Positions 25,355 through 37,585 of a stretch of DNA of 64,000 nucleotides are shown in pieces (within the stretch, counting starts at the first letter, position 1; the number at the start of each line of letters is the position of its first letter). The notes below the pieces were generated by a model. It saw nothing but the letters and a program-made list of their open reading frames with translations, ran no database searches and was not told the DNA's origin. Source of the stretch: Octopus vulgaris (taxonomy: Eukaryota); contig OX597831.1 in NCBI GenBank assembly GCA_951406725.2, forward strand, positions 52,204,001-52,268,000. Reading direction: 5' to 3'. The translations under genes and the position numbers were made by a program.

Positions 25355-26600
25355 TTGTGGTATGATGTTTTGGTGTGGTGTATGCTGTGTTGTGGTCTGT
25401 TGTGTGTGTTGTGTGCTTTGGTGTACTTGTGCATTGTTGTGTGTCTGTGTTGTGGTGTGATTGTGTGTTGCAATTTGTTGTGTGTGGTGGTGTGTTTGTG
25501 TGTTGTGGTTTGTTTGTGTTTTAAGGTCTGTTGTGGGTGTTGTGAGCTTTGTTGTGTTTGTGTGTTGTGGTGTGTTTGTGTTGTCGTGTGTTTGTATGTT
25601 GTGATGTATTTGTGTGTTGTGGTGTATTTATGTGTTGTGGTGTGTTTGTGTGTTGTGGTGTTTGTGTGTTTTGGTGTGTTTGTGTGCTGTGGTTTGTTGT
25701 GGGTGTTGTGTGCTTTGTTGTGTTTGTGTGTTGTGGTGTGTTTGTGTTGTGGTGTGTCTGTGTTGTGGTGTGTTTGTATGTTGTGATGTATCTGTGTGTT
25801 GTGGTGTGTTTGTGTGTTGTGGTGTTTGTGTGTTTTGGTGTGTTTGTGTGCTGTGGTTTGTTGTGGGTGTTGTGTGCTTTGTTGTGTTTGTGTGTTGTGG
25901 TGTGTTTGTGTTGTGGTGTGTCTGTGTTGTGGTGTGTTTGTATGTTGTGATGTATCTGTGTGTTGTGGTGTGTTTGTGTGTTGTGGTGTTTGTGTGTTTT
26001 GGTGTGTTTGTGTGGTTTGTTGTGGGTGTTGTGTGCTTTGCTGTGTTTGTGTGTTGTGGTATGTTTGTGTTGTGGTGTGTCTGTGTTGTGGTGTGTTTGT
26101 ATGTTGTGATGTATTTGTGTGTTGTGGTGTGTTTGTGTGTTGTGGTGTTTGTGTGTTTTGGTGGGTTTTTGTGCTGTGGTTTGTTGTCTGCTTTGTTGTG
26201 TTTGTGTGTTGTGAGGTGTATGTGTATTGTGGTGTGTTTGTGTGTTGTGGTGTGTCTGTGTATCTGTGTATTGTGGTGTGTTTGTGTGTTGTGTGTTGTT
26301 GTGTTAATGTGGTGTGGTGTTAGTGTGTTGTGGTATGTGCTGTGGTGTGTTTGTGTGTTGTGATGAGTTGTGGGTGTTGAGTATTGTTGTGGGTGTGGTA
26401 TGACATGTGATATGTTGTGGTGTGGTGTGTTATGATATAATGTGGGTGTGATATATTGAGTTGTGATGTGTGTGTTTGTTGTGCTGTAGTGGGGTGTACT
26501 GATTTTTATAGTTTATTGTGTTGTGGTGTTGTGTATTATGATGTTGTCTGTCTGTTATTATGTCTTTTAAAATGTTGTGTGTTATGCAGTTTCTTGTAAA
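25355..26600. repeat. G/T-only degenerate array with ~160-180 bp higher-order period
   Basis: Marker gtatgttgtgatgta recurs near 25594, 25776, 25940 and 26099. Confidence 0.9.
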
Positions 26601-26703
26601 GTGTAATGTGAATATGTTCTGTGTATGTCATGAGGTATTCTGCTGCTTATTCTGTTTTGATTTGATTTTCTCTTAATTTAATATATTTACCAATAATAAA
26701 AAT

Positions 26704-27520
26704 AATCCTTTCTGCTATGGACACAGAGTCTGGATTTTGTAGGGAGGAGGGCAGTTGATCACATTTAACCCCAGTATTCAACTGGTACTTAATTTATCAA
26801 TCCCGAAAGGATAAAAGTCAAAGTCGACCTCAGCGGAATTTGAACTCAGAACATAGTGACAGACAAAATATCACTAAGCATTTTGCCCAGTGTGCTAACA
26901 ATTCTGCCAGCTTGCTGCTTTACTACTACTAACAATAATGATTTCACATTTTTGCCACAAGGCCAGCAAGTTGAGGGGAGGTGCAAGTCAATTACATCAA
27001 CCCCAGTGCTCAACTGGTGCCTATTTTATCAACCCCCAAAAGGATGAAAGGCAAAGTCAACCTTGGTGAAATTTGAATCAGACTGTAAAGATGAACGAAA
27101 TGCTGCTAAGCTTTCCACCTGGCATGTTAACGATTCTGCCAGCTTGTTGCCTTACCTATAAGGGTAATATTAATGATTTCTGATTTAGGCACAAGGCCAA
27201 CAATTTTGGAGGGCAGTGTAGTTAGTTGATACATTTGACCCCAGCACTTGACTGGTACTTTATTTTATCATTTGCAAAAGGATGAAAAGTAAAGTGGATT
27301 TTGACAGTAAATTATAATAATAATCCTTTCTACTAAAGGTACAAGGCCTGAAATTCAGGGTGAAAAGAACTAGTCGATTACATCAACCCCAGTGTTAATC
27401 TGTTGGCCCCTAAAGGATGAAAGGCAAAGTCGACCTTGGCAGGATTTGAACTCAAAATGTAAAGGCGGGTGAAATGCTGCTAAGCATTTTACCTGGCATG
27501 CTTATGATTCTGCCAGCTCA
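26704..27520 (-). mobile_element. Four tandem SINE family A copies
   Basis: Repeated cacaaggcc..aaaggatgaaaggcaaagtcgacc..ttctgccagct units separated by taa-rich tails. Confidence 0.85.
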
Positions 27521-27794
27521 CCTCCTGACTATCATTTTTTGCAGGCATTAGACAACTTGTTGCAAGGAATAAAACCTCAAATCTGAGGAAGATGCAAAAA
27601 CAGCCTTTCATGATTTCATCTCCTCTTGCTCTCCAGAATTCTTCACTGCCAGCATAAATAAGCTACTGATAAAATAGCAAAATCGTGTTGATAATTTAGG
27701 TGCATACTTTGATTAACTGCATTGGTTTTTATTGAGATAAAGTAAAATAAACTTTCAGTTCAAAATCGGACATTTCATTCTTAATGACCTAATA
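27520..27794 (+). mobile_element. mariner 3' fragment
   Basis: PDYHFLQALDNLLQG..GAYFD* and TIR ggacatttcattcttaatgacctaata; same family as 49610-50848. Confidence 0.85.
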
Positions 27795-27803
27795 TATTGT
27801 TTA

Positions 27804-28106
27804 CTAGCAGTATCGCCCGGCGTTGCTCGGGTTTGTAAGGGAAATAACTATATAAGCATTTTTTTAGAGAGTTACTTCCCTTATATAATAGCAAAAAAAT
27901 GCATTAAAAATGGGAAAAAAAATTATGGTAAATTTTTTTTTTAATCGGAGACTCATCCTAGACGCATGCTAATACCCAGAAGGGCTTGATATGAATCACG
28001 ACTATAAGATACCTGCTTTTGGTTAAACTGCACCGCAAAATGTGGGAGTAGTTAGGAATCTAAATCGTAGGAGACAGACACACAACTTCACTTTTATATA
28101 TAAAGA
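27804..28106 (-). mobile_element. Non-autonomous Helitron
   Basis: A|TC..hairpin..CTAG|T on minus strand. Confidence 0.9.
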
Positions 28107-28182
28107 TATCACAGCCAAACTTTGATTTTTTCTAACCAAAGGGATTTTTAATATTTGCACATTATTATTCATAGCTTTATGC

Positions 28183-28523
28183 TCGTGTTTCTCAACCAGA
28201 ATCCATATGACCCCTGGGGGTCTATATAAGAATTTTGGGGGGTCAACACAAGCAAAATAGTAAATTGGTACAGGAACATATTAAGGATCCATGAGAAAAA
28301 TGTTATTTTGGATGTATTTATTGCAAGAAACAGCTAGGTTTCTTTCTCTGACATTTTACGTAGTTCAGCTTACAGAAGTATGAAAGTATGAGAAGCAGAA
28401 TAGGAATTCTGAAAGAAGCATCTATAGAACTAGTTTTTAAACATTGAATGGCTACAGGAGTCCACCAGAATAAAACTGTAGCCAAAGGGGTCCATAGATA
28501 AAAAAAATGGCTGAGAATCACTG
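28183..28523. mobile_element. hAT-like MITE
   Basis: TIR-like ends cgtgtttctcaacc / ggctgagaatcactg with ggggtccat subterminal motifs. Confidence 0.65.
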
Positions 28524-28535
28524 CTATTATAAATG

Positions 28536-28539
<4 letters not shown>

Positions 28540-28591
<52 letters not shown>

Positions 28592-28623
28592 ACACACACA
28601 CACACAATCACACACACACACAA

Positions 28624-28679
<56 letters not shown>

Positions 28680-28705
28680 ACACACACACACAATCACACA
28701 CACAA

Positions 28706-28757
<52 letters not shown>

Positions 28758-28890
28758 ACACACACAATCACACACACACACACACACACAAATCACACAC
28801 ACACAATCACACACACAATCACCCCACCCCACACACCCCCACACAATCACACACACACACACACACACAAATACATACATACATACATAC
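28540..28890. repeat. (CA)n interrupted by AAT
   Basis: Direct inspection. Confidence 0.92.
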
Positions 28891-29049
28891 ATGTATATGT
28901 AGTTTTCATCATGTTAAACTGCTAATCCCTACACTTTTTTTTCTCTGTCTGTTATTTCCTCTCAACCCTTTCTGCTGAAGAGCAGAAATGTCAAAAACTT
29001 TTCCATTCTTCCCGAGCATCAAACTAATGCACCTATATGTACATATATA

Positions 29050-29438
29050 CTGGGTGGGCCAAAAGTCAAGAATAAAATAAGTTCTATATGCTCTGGAATT
29101 GTCAAAGACATACTTCACTTTTTCTAAAATTGAGTAAAATAGATAAAATATTGATAAATACACACGTACTTGTGCACAATGAACAAAATGAATAATCTTT
29201 TCTGTTATAGGCACAAGGCCTGAACTGGGGTGGGGTAAGTCAATTATATCAATCCCAGTATTTAATTGGTATTTATCTTATTGACCCTGAAAGGACAAAA
29301 GGGAAAGTTGACCTCAGTGGAATTTGAACTCAGAATGTAAAGATGGATGAAATGCTGCTAAGCATTTTCCCTGGCATGCTAGTGAGTCTGCCAATATAAA
29401 TGTCAGCTGTTTTGATGTGTGACTTTTGGCCCATCCTG
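29050..29438. mobile_element. Tc1/mariner-type MITE with nested SINE A (~29195-29393)
   Basis: ta-ctgggtgggccaaaagtca / tgacttttggcccatcctg-ta. Confidence 0.7.
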
Positions 29439-29702
29439 TATATGTGTGTGCGTGTGTGTGTGTGTGTGTGTGTACATATATACACATGTATACACAAACA
29501 CACACACACATACACATAAAAATATGGCACAGATATGACTGTGTAACAAGAGGCTTGCTTTCCAACCACATGGTTCCAGGTTCAGTTCCACTGCTAGACA
29601 CTTTGGGCAAGTGTCTTCTACTATAGCCTCGAGGGCCAACCAAAGCGTTGTGAGTGGATTTGCTTGCCAGAAATTGAAAGAAGCATATTGCATATATACA
29701 TG

Positions 29703-29764
<62 letters not shown>

Positions 29765-29999
29765 CACCACACACACACATATATACAGACACATTCACAC
29801 ACACACACATACACATACACAGAGGTGAGCACATAAGTGTAGAACAAGATGGAAAACATTGGTATGCATGTATGTATGTATGTATGTGTGGCTTTGTGTT
29901 TGTCCCCCCATCACTGCTTGATAACTGTTTTTAGAGTGTTTACATACCCATAACATAGCAGTTTGGCAAAGGAAATCGACAGTATAAGTACTAGGCTTA

Positions 30000-30490
30000 T
30001 ACCCTCCATCAGGGATTTGCCATATTCTGAACGCCTTACTTCCCTGGGCAAGGACACATTGAAACTCTGACATCTGGCAGCTGACTTGGCAGACACTCAT
30101 AAAATCATTAACCATCTTACAAACAATAACTCTGGACACCTTTTCAAACTCCACCCATCTAACACCCATGGACATATTTACAAAGTCAGAAAACAGCACA
30201 GCTCCCATGACTTTAGGAAACATTTTTTTATGCTGAGAGTTGCTGAAGCATGGAACAAACTGCCAGCATCAGTTGTTAGTTGTCGGAGCACTGCATCCTT
30301 CAAAACTTCCATGCTTTCTGAGATTTGCCAACATTACACCTGATTTTCTCCCCTCCATACACACACAAGCATGTATCCGACTCATTCATTATTCGCTTTC
30401 CAGACATTTGTACATTACTGCATATACTCTATATGCACTTTCTGACAAGTTGTGGTGCACTTGAGCACTGTATACAATCATTTCATTATC
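30000..30490 (+). mobile_element. CR1-like LINE 3' end inserted in a SINE B (~29525-30575)
   Basis: DLADTHKII..THGHIYKVRKQHSSHDFRKHFFMLRVAEAWNKLPASVV..FK; SINE B sequence resumes after its 3' UTR. Confidence 0.85.
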
Positions 30491-30576
30491 ATATAAAATA
30501 ATTCCTTGGGTCGATTTGTTCAACTAAAAACCCTTCAGCCAGTGCTCCAGCATTGTCGCAGTCAAATGACTGAAAC

Positions 30577-30912
30577 ACCTTGGGCATGTGTCTGCTACTA
30601 TATCCTCGGGCCAACCAAAACCTTATGAGTGGATTTGGTAAACGGAAACTGAAGGAAGCCCGTCGTATATATGTATATATATGTGTTTGTGTGTGTGTGT
30701 TTGTGTGTCTGTGTTTGTCCCCCCCCCCAATATCGCTTGACAACCGATGGTGGTGTGTTTACATCCCCGTAACTTAGCGGTTCAGGAAAAGAGACCGATA
30801 GAATAAGTACTAGGCTTACAAAGAATAAGTCCTGGGGTCAATTTGCTTGACTGAAGGTGGTGCTCCAGCATGGCCACAGTCACATGACTGAAACAAGTAA
30901 AAGAGAAGAGAG
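30577..30912 (+). mobile_element. SINE family B, 5'-truncated
   Basis: Starts at the CORE-like region, full tail. Confidence 0.85.
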
Positions 30913-30925
30913 TATGTATATATAC

Positions 30926-30958
<33 letters not shown>

Positions 30959-30960
30959 GT

Positions 30961-31066
<106 letters not shown>

Positions 31067-31081
31067 CTGTATACATGTATG

Positions 31082-31141
<60 letters not shown>

Positions 31142-31423
31142 TATATATATATATACATACATGACAGGCTTCCACACAGTTTCTGTCTGCCAAATTCACT
31201 AAACAAGGCATATTACGCCTATGTAAGAAATTATCATTTACTCCCAAAGTCATTATTGTTGTTGTTGACTTGGCACTCTCACCAAAATCAATAACAGAAA
31301 CACATTCTACTTTTATTGGCTTCATCTGTAAATTGTCTTATTATTGATTTGGGTCAGGTGATCCCTGATAAGTAAAAATCGCTTGGTCATGCAAATATCT
31401 CACATCACACTTCTTTCTTTCCT

Positions 31424-31474
<51 letters not shown>

Positions 31475-31857
31475 CTCTTTCTTTCGTTCTTTCTCTTCTT
31501 CTTTCTTCATTTCTTCATTCCTTCCTTTCTTTCATTCTTTCTTCGTTTCTTTCTTTCTTTCTTTCTTTCTTTCTCTCTTTCTTTCTCCTGCTTCTTTTCC
31601 CCCCTATTCTTCCTTTTCTTCTTCCTTCTGTTTGTCTTTAATTAAGATATGTGTGCGTGCATGTGTGTGTGTGTGTATATATGTGCATGTATGTGTGTAT
31701 GTATATATATATATATATATATAATATATAATATATAATAATATATATACACACACACACACACACATAAATATGTGTATATATGTATATGTATATATAT
31801 ATACCTAAAAGAAAATTAAGAGAATGGAGATATAGCATTAATACATACATACATACA

Positions 31858-31917
<60 letters not shown>

Positions 31918-32202
31918 CCATTTTAATTAATTGATTTGTTTGTGTGTAGGTTTGTTTGCTCTCTTAAGGCAAAATGTATGTTGTGGTGGAAGAACAAGTG
32001 AGTGGCAGAAGAGTAGGATGTGAGGTCATGGTCAGCTTGTCAAATGCTTAGCTTTGGAGACATCACAGCGTGAAAAGATTTGGACACTCACACACACACA
32101 TTGCACCTATACACATATACACTCAAATAAAATTATGCACATGCATGCATTCATGCATAAATGTACACAAAATATTACATGCACATACATACACATATAC
32201 AA

Positions 32203-32233
<31 letters not shown>

Positions 32234-32245
32234 TATATATATTTA

Positions 32246-32478
32246 GGGTGGCAAGCTGGCAGAATTGTTAGCACTGTGGGTGAAATACTTAGTAGTATTT
32301 AGTCTGCCATTAGGTTCTCAGTTCAAATTCTACCAAGGTTGACATTGCCTTTCATCGTTTCAGGGTCAATTAAATAAGTACCAGTTACACACTGGGGTCA
32401 ATGTAATTGACTTAATCCCTTTGTCTGTCCTTGTTTGTCCCCTCTATGATTAGCCTCATGTGGGCAATAAAAAAAGAA
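32246..32478 (+). mobile_element. SINE family A
   Basis: Head, core and tail. Confidence 0.85.
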
Positions 32479-32890
32479 TATGTATATATATATATACACA
32501 CAGACAAATACATCTATTTATACACACAAATGCATTCATACATGGAAACTCTAACCCCAAATATACATACACATACATGCGCACATGCAAATACATATAT
32601 TTATACAATCATATATATGCCTATATGTACATAGAAGCTTACATGTACACACACACACCTATACTCATTCAATTTGTACTTATATACCACTGCAAAAGAT
32701 TACATGCACATACAAGTAGACATATCTTCACACATACAAAGGTACACAAGCACATACGCATAAATAGACATGCATCATACAAGCTATGGTAAACTCCGTA
32801 TACAAACAAATGCATGTGTATTCATGTTTTTCAAAACTACACATGTAAACATAAAAACTTGTGGAAACACATTTGTAAGATGTACACATA

Positions 32891-33505
32891 GGCGCAGGTG
32901 TGGTTGTGTGGTAAGAAACTTGCTTCACAACCATTTTGTTCTGAGTTCAAATTCCGCTGAGGTCAACTTTGCCTTTCATCCTTTCGGGGTCGATAAACCC
33001 TTTCATTTTGGTTAACCTTTTCATCTTTCTGTATTTATTTTGAGATGCTCTGTGTTTCTTTCAATTAATTTTAAATATCACAAAGAATTTAGTAAAATAA
33101 CTTAGTTATCATTAAGCTAGTGTTAGGAACATAAATAGTGACTAAGGTTTGGTGGAAGATTTTAATTCAAAACTTATGAAAACAAGACATTGGTACTACA
33201 GAGCCAGAGCCAGTTTCAGCCGGGTTGGTACTGAAATGGTCAAGTACCAGTACTTAATCACTTTGTCTGTCCTTGTTTGTCCCCTCTATGTTTAGTCCCT
33301 TGTGGGCAATAAAGAAATAAGAAACTTGCCCCATAACCACATGGATCCATGTTCAGTCCCACTGCATGGCACCTTGAGCAAGTGTCTTCTACTATAGCCT
33401 CAAGCTGACCAAAGCATTGCAAGTGGATCTGGTAGACAAAAACTGAAAGAAGCCCGTTGTATGTGTGTGTGTCTTTGTGTCTATGTTTGCCCCTACCACC
33501 ACTTA
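32891..33505 (+). mobile_element. Nested SINE B > SINE A > piggyBac MITE
   Basis: SINE B head; SINE A ~32936-33317 split by MITE ~33016-33240; imperfect 22-bp duplication at 32912-32933 and 33318-33339. Confidence 0.8.
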
Positions 33506-33522
33506 ATATGTATATATGTATA

Positions 33523-34016
33523 TCTTTATATATAAAAGTAAGGTTGTGTGTCTGTCACCTACGATTTAGATTCCTAACTACTCCCACATTTTGCAGTGCA
33601 GTTTAACCAAAACCGGGTATCTTATAGTCGTGATTCATATCGAGCCCTTCTGGGTATTAGCGCGCGTCTATGATGAGTCTACGATTAAAAAAAAATTTAC
33701 CATCATTTTTTCCATTTTAATGCATTTTTTTCGCTATTATATAAGGGAAGTAACTCTCTAAAAATGTCTAATTGAGTCAACGATTTAAAAAAAAATTTAC
33801 CATCATTTTTTCCATTTTAATGCATTTTTTCGCTATTATATAAGGGAAGTAACTCTCTAAAAATGTCTAATTGAGTCAACGATTTAAAAAAAATTTACCA
33901 TCATTTTTTTTCCATTTTTAATGCATTTTTTTGCTATTTTTTGGCTATAACTCTCTAAAAATGCTTATATAGTTATTTCCCTTACAAACCCGAACAACGC
34001 CGGGCGATACTGCTAG
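33523..34016 (+). mobile_element. Non-autonomous Helitron, three internal repeat units
   Basis: A|TC..cccgaacaacgccggg..CTAG|T. Confidence 0.9.
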
Positions 34017-34407
34017 TATATATATATAAAAGCTTAAGTCAGTTACAAATCAACAGGCCCATTAAATTCAGTTTTATCCCAGCTTTCATGGAGTGGAAGT
34101 GCTTGTGAGAAGACTGCCTTCTGAATGGAACCCCAGAGCCGAATTAACCTACTTACACCATTACCACCACCACCACCACCATCACCACCGTAACCAAGTG
34201 TTGTTGTTACTTGAGCTTAGTTGAATGGATTGAAGCAATGTTAAATGACGTGACATGTTCAATGTCACTATGCTTTGCCTCGTCTGTGAATTGAACTCAT
34301 GACCTAAAAGTCACAAGCCCAAACCGCTATGCCATACACCTTCACTACACATAAACACATATACATACATACATGTGAGTGTGTGTGTGTGTGTTTAGTA
34401 CATATAT

Positions 34408-34817
34408 TCTTTTACTCTTTTACTTGTTTCAGTCATTTGACTGCGGTCATGCTGGAGCACTGCCTTTAGTCGAGCAACTCGACCCCGGGACTTATTCTTT
34501 TTGTAAGCCCAGTACTTATTCTATCGGTCTCTTTTTGCCGAACCACTAAGTGACGGAGACGTAAACACACCAGCATCAGTTGTCAAGCAATGCTAGGGGA
34601 ACAAACACAGACACACAAACACACACACATACATATATATATATACATATATACGACAGGCTTCTTTCAGTTTCCGTCTACCAAATCCACTCACAAGGCA
34701 TTGGTCGGCCCGGGGCTATAGCAGAAGACACTTGCCCAAGATGCCACGCAGTGGGACTGAACCCGGAACCATGTGGTTGGTTAGCAAGCTACTTACCACA
34801 CAGCCACTCCTGCGCCT
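34408..34817 (-). mobile_element. SINE family B, full length
   Basis: Near-consensus. Confidence 0.9.
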
Positions 34818-35606
34818 ATGTGTCATATATATATATATGTATATGTATATGTATATAATACATTCACATGTATGTGTCCATCCATCAAGACTTCCTTCCC
34901 TCCTTGTTATTTAATATAGTTGAGTGCTCTTTCTTTTTGATATAAACCACAAATGATTACACATAGATATATCTACATACACACGCATACACATGTATAT
35001 GTTTATATTTATACCCAGGTACAACATATATTCTCCTCTAATTTATTTGAGGTAAAACAATTTTCCCTCTCATTTGGCACTTATGGCATTACATGCTGAA
35101 GCTAATTAGCTATTTAATGATACCTAATCAAATATCTTTTGATATTTAATTAGCAGTCTCATTATTTTCATCATTATCATTAAATACCTCACCTCTGACA
35201 ACTTACATAAGGAGCAGGGGTGGGACACAAGCATCAAATGTCAACAATTAGCCAGCCCTGTTTATGGGTGTGGTTTCCATTGGCATTGAAGGGTTTGTTG
35301 TTCTTATTGCTGTGCATGTTGTTTCTGTTTAGCTCTACAAGATCAACTATAAGCCCCACTGGAGTTATGCTTTTACATCTAAGATGTTGCTGCTACTACA
35401 CTCATAAACATCCTTGACTACATCCAAAACAAGGTCATACACATGGTTCTTTCAGATAAGTTATATGCATGTATATATATATCATCATCATCATTTAACG
35501 TCCGCTTTCCATGCTAGCATGGGTTGGACGGTTCAACTGGGGTCTGGGGAGCCCGAAAGCTGCACCAGTCCAGTCACATCTGGCAGTGTTTCTACATATA
35601 TATATA

Positions 35607-35790
35607 TAGTTAATCCAAACAAGAAAGCACAAAAAAAACACAAGGCGAGGACGTGGAACAAATATAGTATTATTGGACGCTCAGGAAAGAAGGAAAGAAG
35701 GAGGGTTTAACATTTCGAGCGGAGCTCTTCGTCGGAAATATAGGAGAAGGAAAGATCCAGAGAAGGGAAGACAGAGGAAAAAAAATTGCA
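35607..35790 (-). mobile_element. Penelope-type terminal-repeat fragment with hammerhead-like motif
   Basis: Minus strand tttCCGACGA-A-GAGCtccGCTC-GAAATGTT-aaa; partial homolog at ~40401-40497. Confidence 0.6.
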
Positions 35791-35800
35791 CTAAGTGCTC

Positions 35801-35857
<57 letters not shown>

Positions 35858-35858
<1 letters not shown>

Positions 35859-36080
35859 GGCAGTGAGCATACTAGACAAAATTTTTGTCCCACAAATAAA
35901 AATCAAAAAAGCAGTATTTTGTCTGTTGCTATGTTCTGAGTTCAAATTCCATGGCGGTCAACTTCGCCTTTCACCCTTTCAGGGTCGATAACATAAGTAC
36001 CAGTGAAACACTGGGGTTGATGTAATTGACTTAGCCCCTTTCGCAAAATTGCTGGCCTTTTGCCTTTAGTAGAAAGGCTT
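35858..36080 (+). mobile_element. SINE family A
   Basis: Follows (TAT)n; core motif. Confidence 0.8.
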
Positions 36081-36456
36081 ATTATTATTGTTGAGTGAGA
36101 GAGCAGTGCATACCATCAAAGTGACACTGGGGGTAAAATATACGATGCCCAGTATACCCATCATGACTACCCGTCTGATAAGGGTACACCGGGCACATGG
36201 ATCACAGCCATATGTGTGTGACATGGTGATCTCATATCAAGATAAACAGCGGAAGACCTTGCAGGTGAGGCCCAGTTAGAATTTTCTTCTGGTCGAGTAG
36301 CCCATCCCACTCAAAAGGTCCCTGAAAAAGGGTTGAACGAACCACCCATGTTTCCAAAGGTGAATTATTCAAACCTCTAAGAATTCCTTTCTACACACAG
36401 CTATGATGCTCCCACACTACTTCTGCTCATGATCAAAGATGCACATGTCGTCGTCG

Positions 36457-36600
36457 TCTTCTTCTTCTTCTTCTTCTTCTTCTTCTTCTTCTTCTTCTTC
36501 TTCTTCTTCTTCTTCTTCTTCTTCTTCTTCTTCTTCTTCTTCTTCTTCTTCTTCTTCTTCTTCTTCTTCTTCTTCTTCTTCTTCTTCTTCTTCTTCTTCT

Positions 36601-36647
<47 letters not shown>
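36457..36647. repeat. (CTT)n ~63 units directly upstream of the exon D acceptor
   Basis: Direct inspection. Confidence 0.95.
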
Positions 36648-36673
36648 TCATTATTATCATTTATATTTTTCAG

Positions 36674-36828
36674 ACATTACCTGTAACCTTACTGGAAATG
36701 AGAAATTTGGAGATTTTGAAACTTCGTGATAATCCACTATGCAACATTCCCCCTGACATCAAGAAATTGAGAGACCACCTGCATACACTTATCTTATCAT
36801 TTTGTCTCCTTACAGACCTTCCACCAGA
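36674..36828 (+). CDS. LRRC63: LRRC63-like gene, exon D (155 bp), two LRRs
   Basis: tatttttcag acceptor, gtaagt donor; TLPVTLLEMRNLEILKLRDNPLCNIPPDIKKLRDHLHTLILSFCLLTDLPP; phase 0 in, phase 2 out. Confidence 0.88.
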
Positions 36829-36850
36829 GTAAGTGTCACTCTTTCTCTCT

Positions 36851-36883
<33 letters not shown>

Positions 36884-36937
36884 CATCTCTCACTCTGTAT
36901 AAGTGTGAGTGTGTGTATGTATGTATGTATGTATATA

Positions 36938-36978
<41 letters not shown>

Positions 36979-37543
36979 ATATATATATACATATACATAT
37001 AAATATATATACATATATACATATATATATATTTTAATTTTTTTGTATTTTATCTAGTTTCAGCTCATGAGCTGTGGCCATGCTGGGGCACCGCCATTAA
37101 AAATTATATATATATAAATATTGTATATATATAAATATATATATATACACATATATATACTTATATATATATACATATACATAGATATATATAAATATAT
37201 ATATACATATATATATATAAGTATCTATCTATCTATCTATCTATTTAGATAGATAGATAGATAGGTTGGTATATAGATATATCTTTTAAATGCAACAAAG
37301 GCAGTATTAGATTAAATTAGTATCTCTGTAATATTTTTAACGTAAACATATTATCGAATGGCAAATTTACTGCAGTATTGTCCAGATATAACATCTCTCA
37401 TAAATGTGCCATGTTTATATATCTATATACTTTCTTTCAATGTGGGACAGAAAATTTATAAATAAAGATTTTTAATCTTAAAACTTTTCTGTTATGTGAT
37501 ATTTCTGTTTACTCTTTAGTGTTTATGCATGCACATGTGTAAG

Positions 37544-37585
<42 letters not shown>

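Noticed and set aside
36088-36446. Complex sequence that looks like an interspersed repeat
   Set aside because: Single copy in window, no terminal signature or coding motif to classify it.
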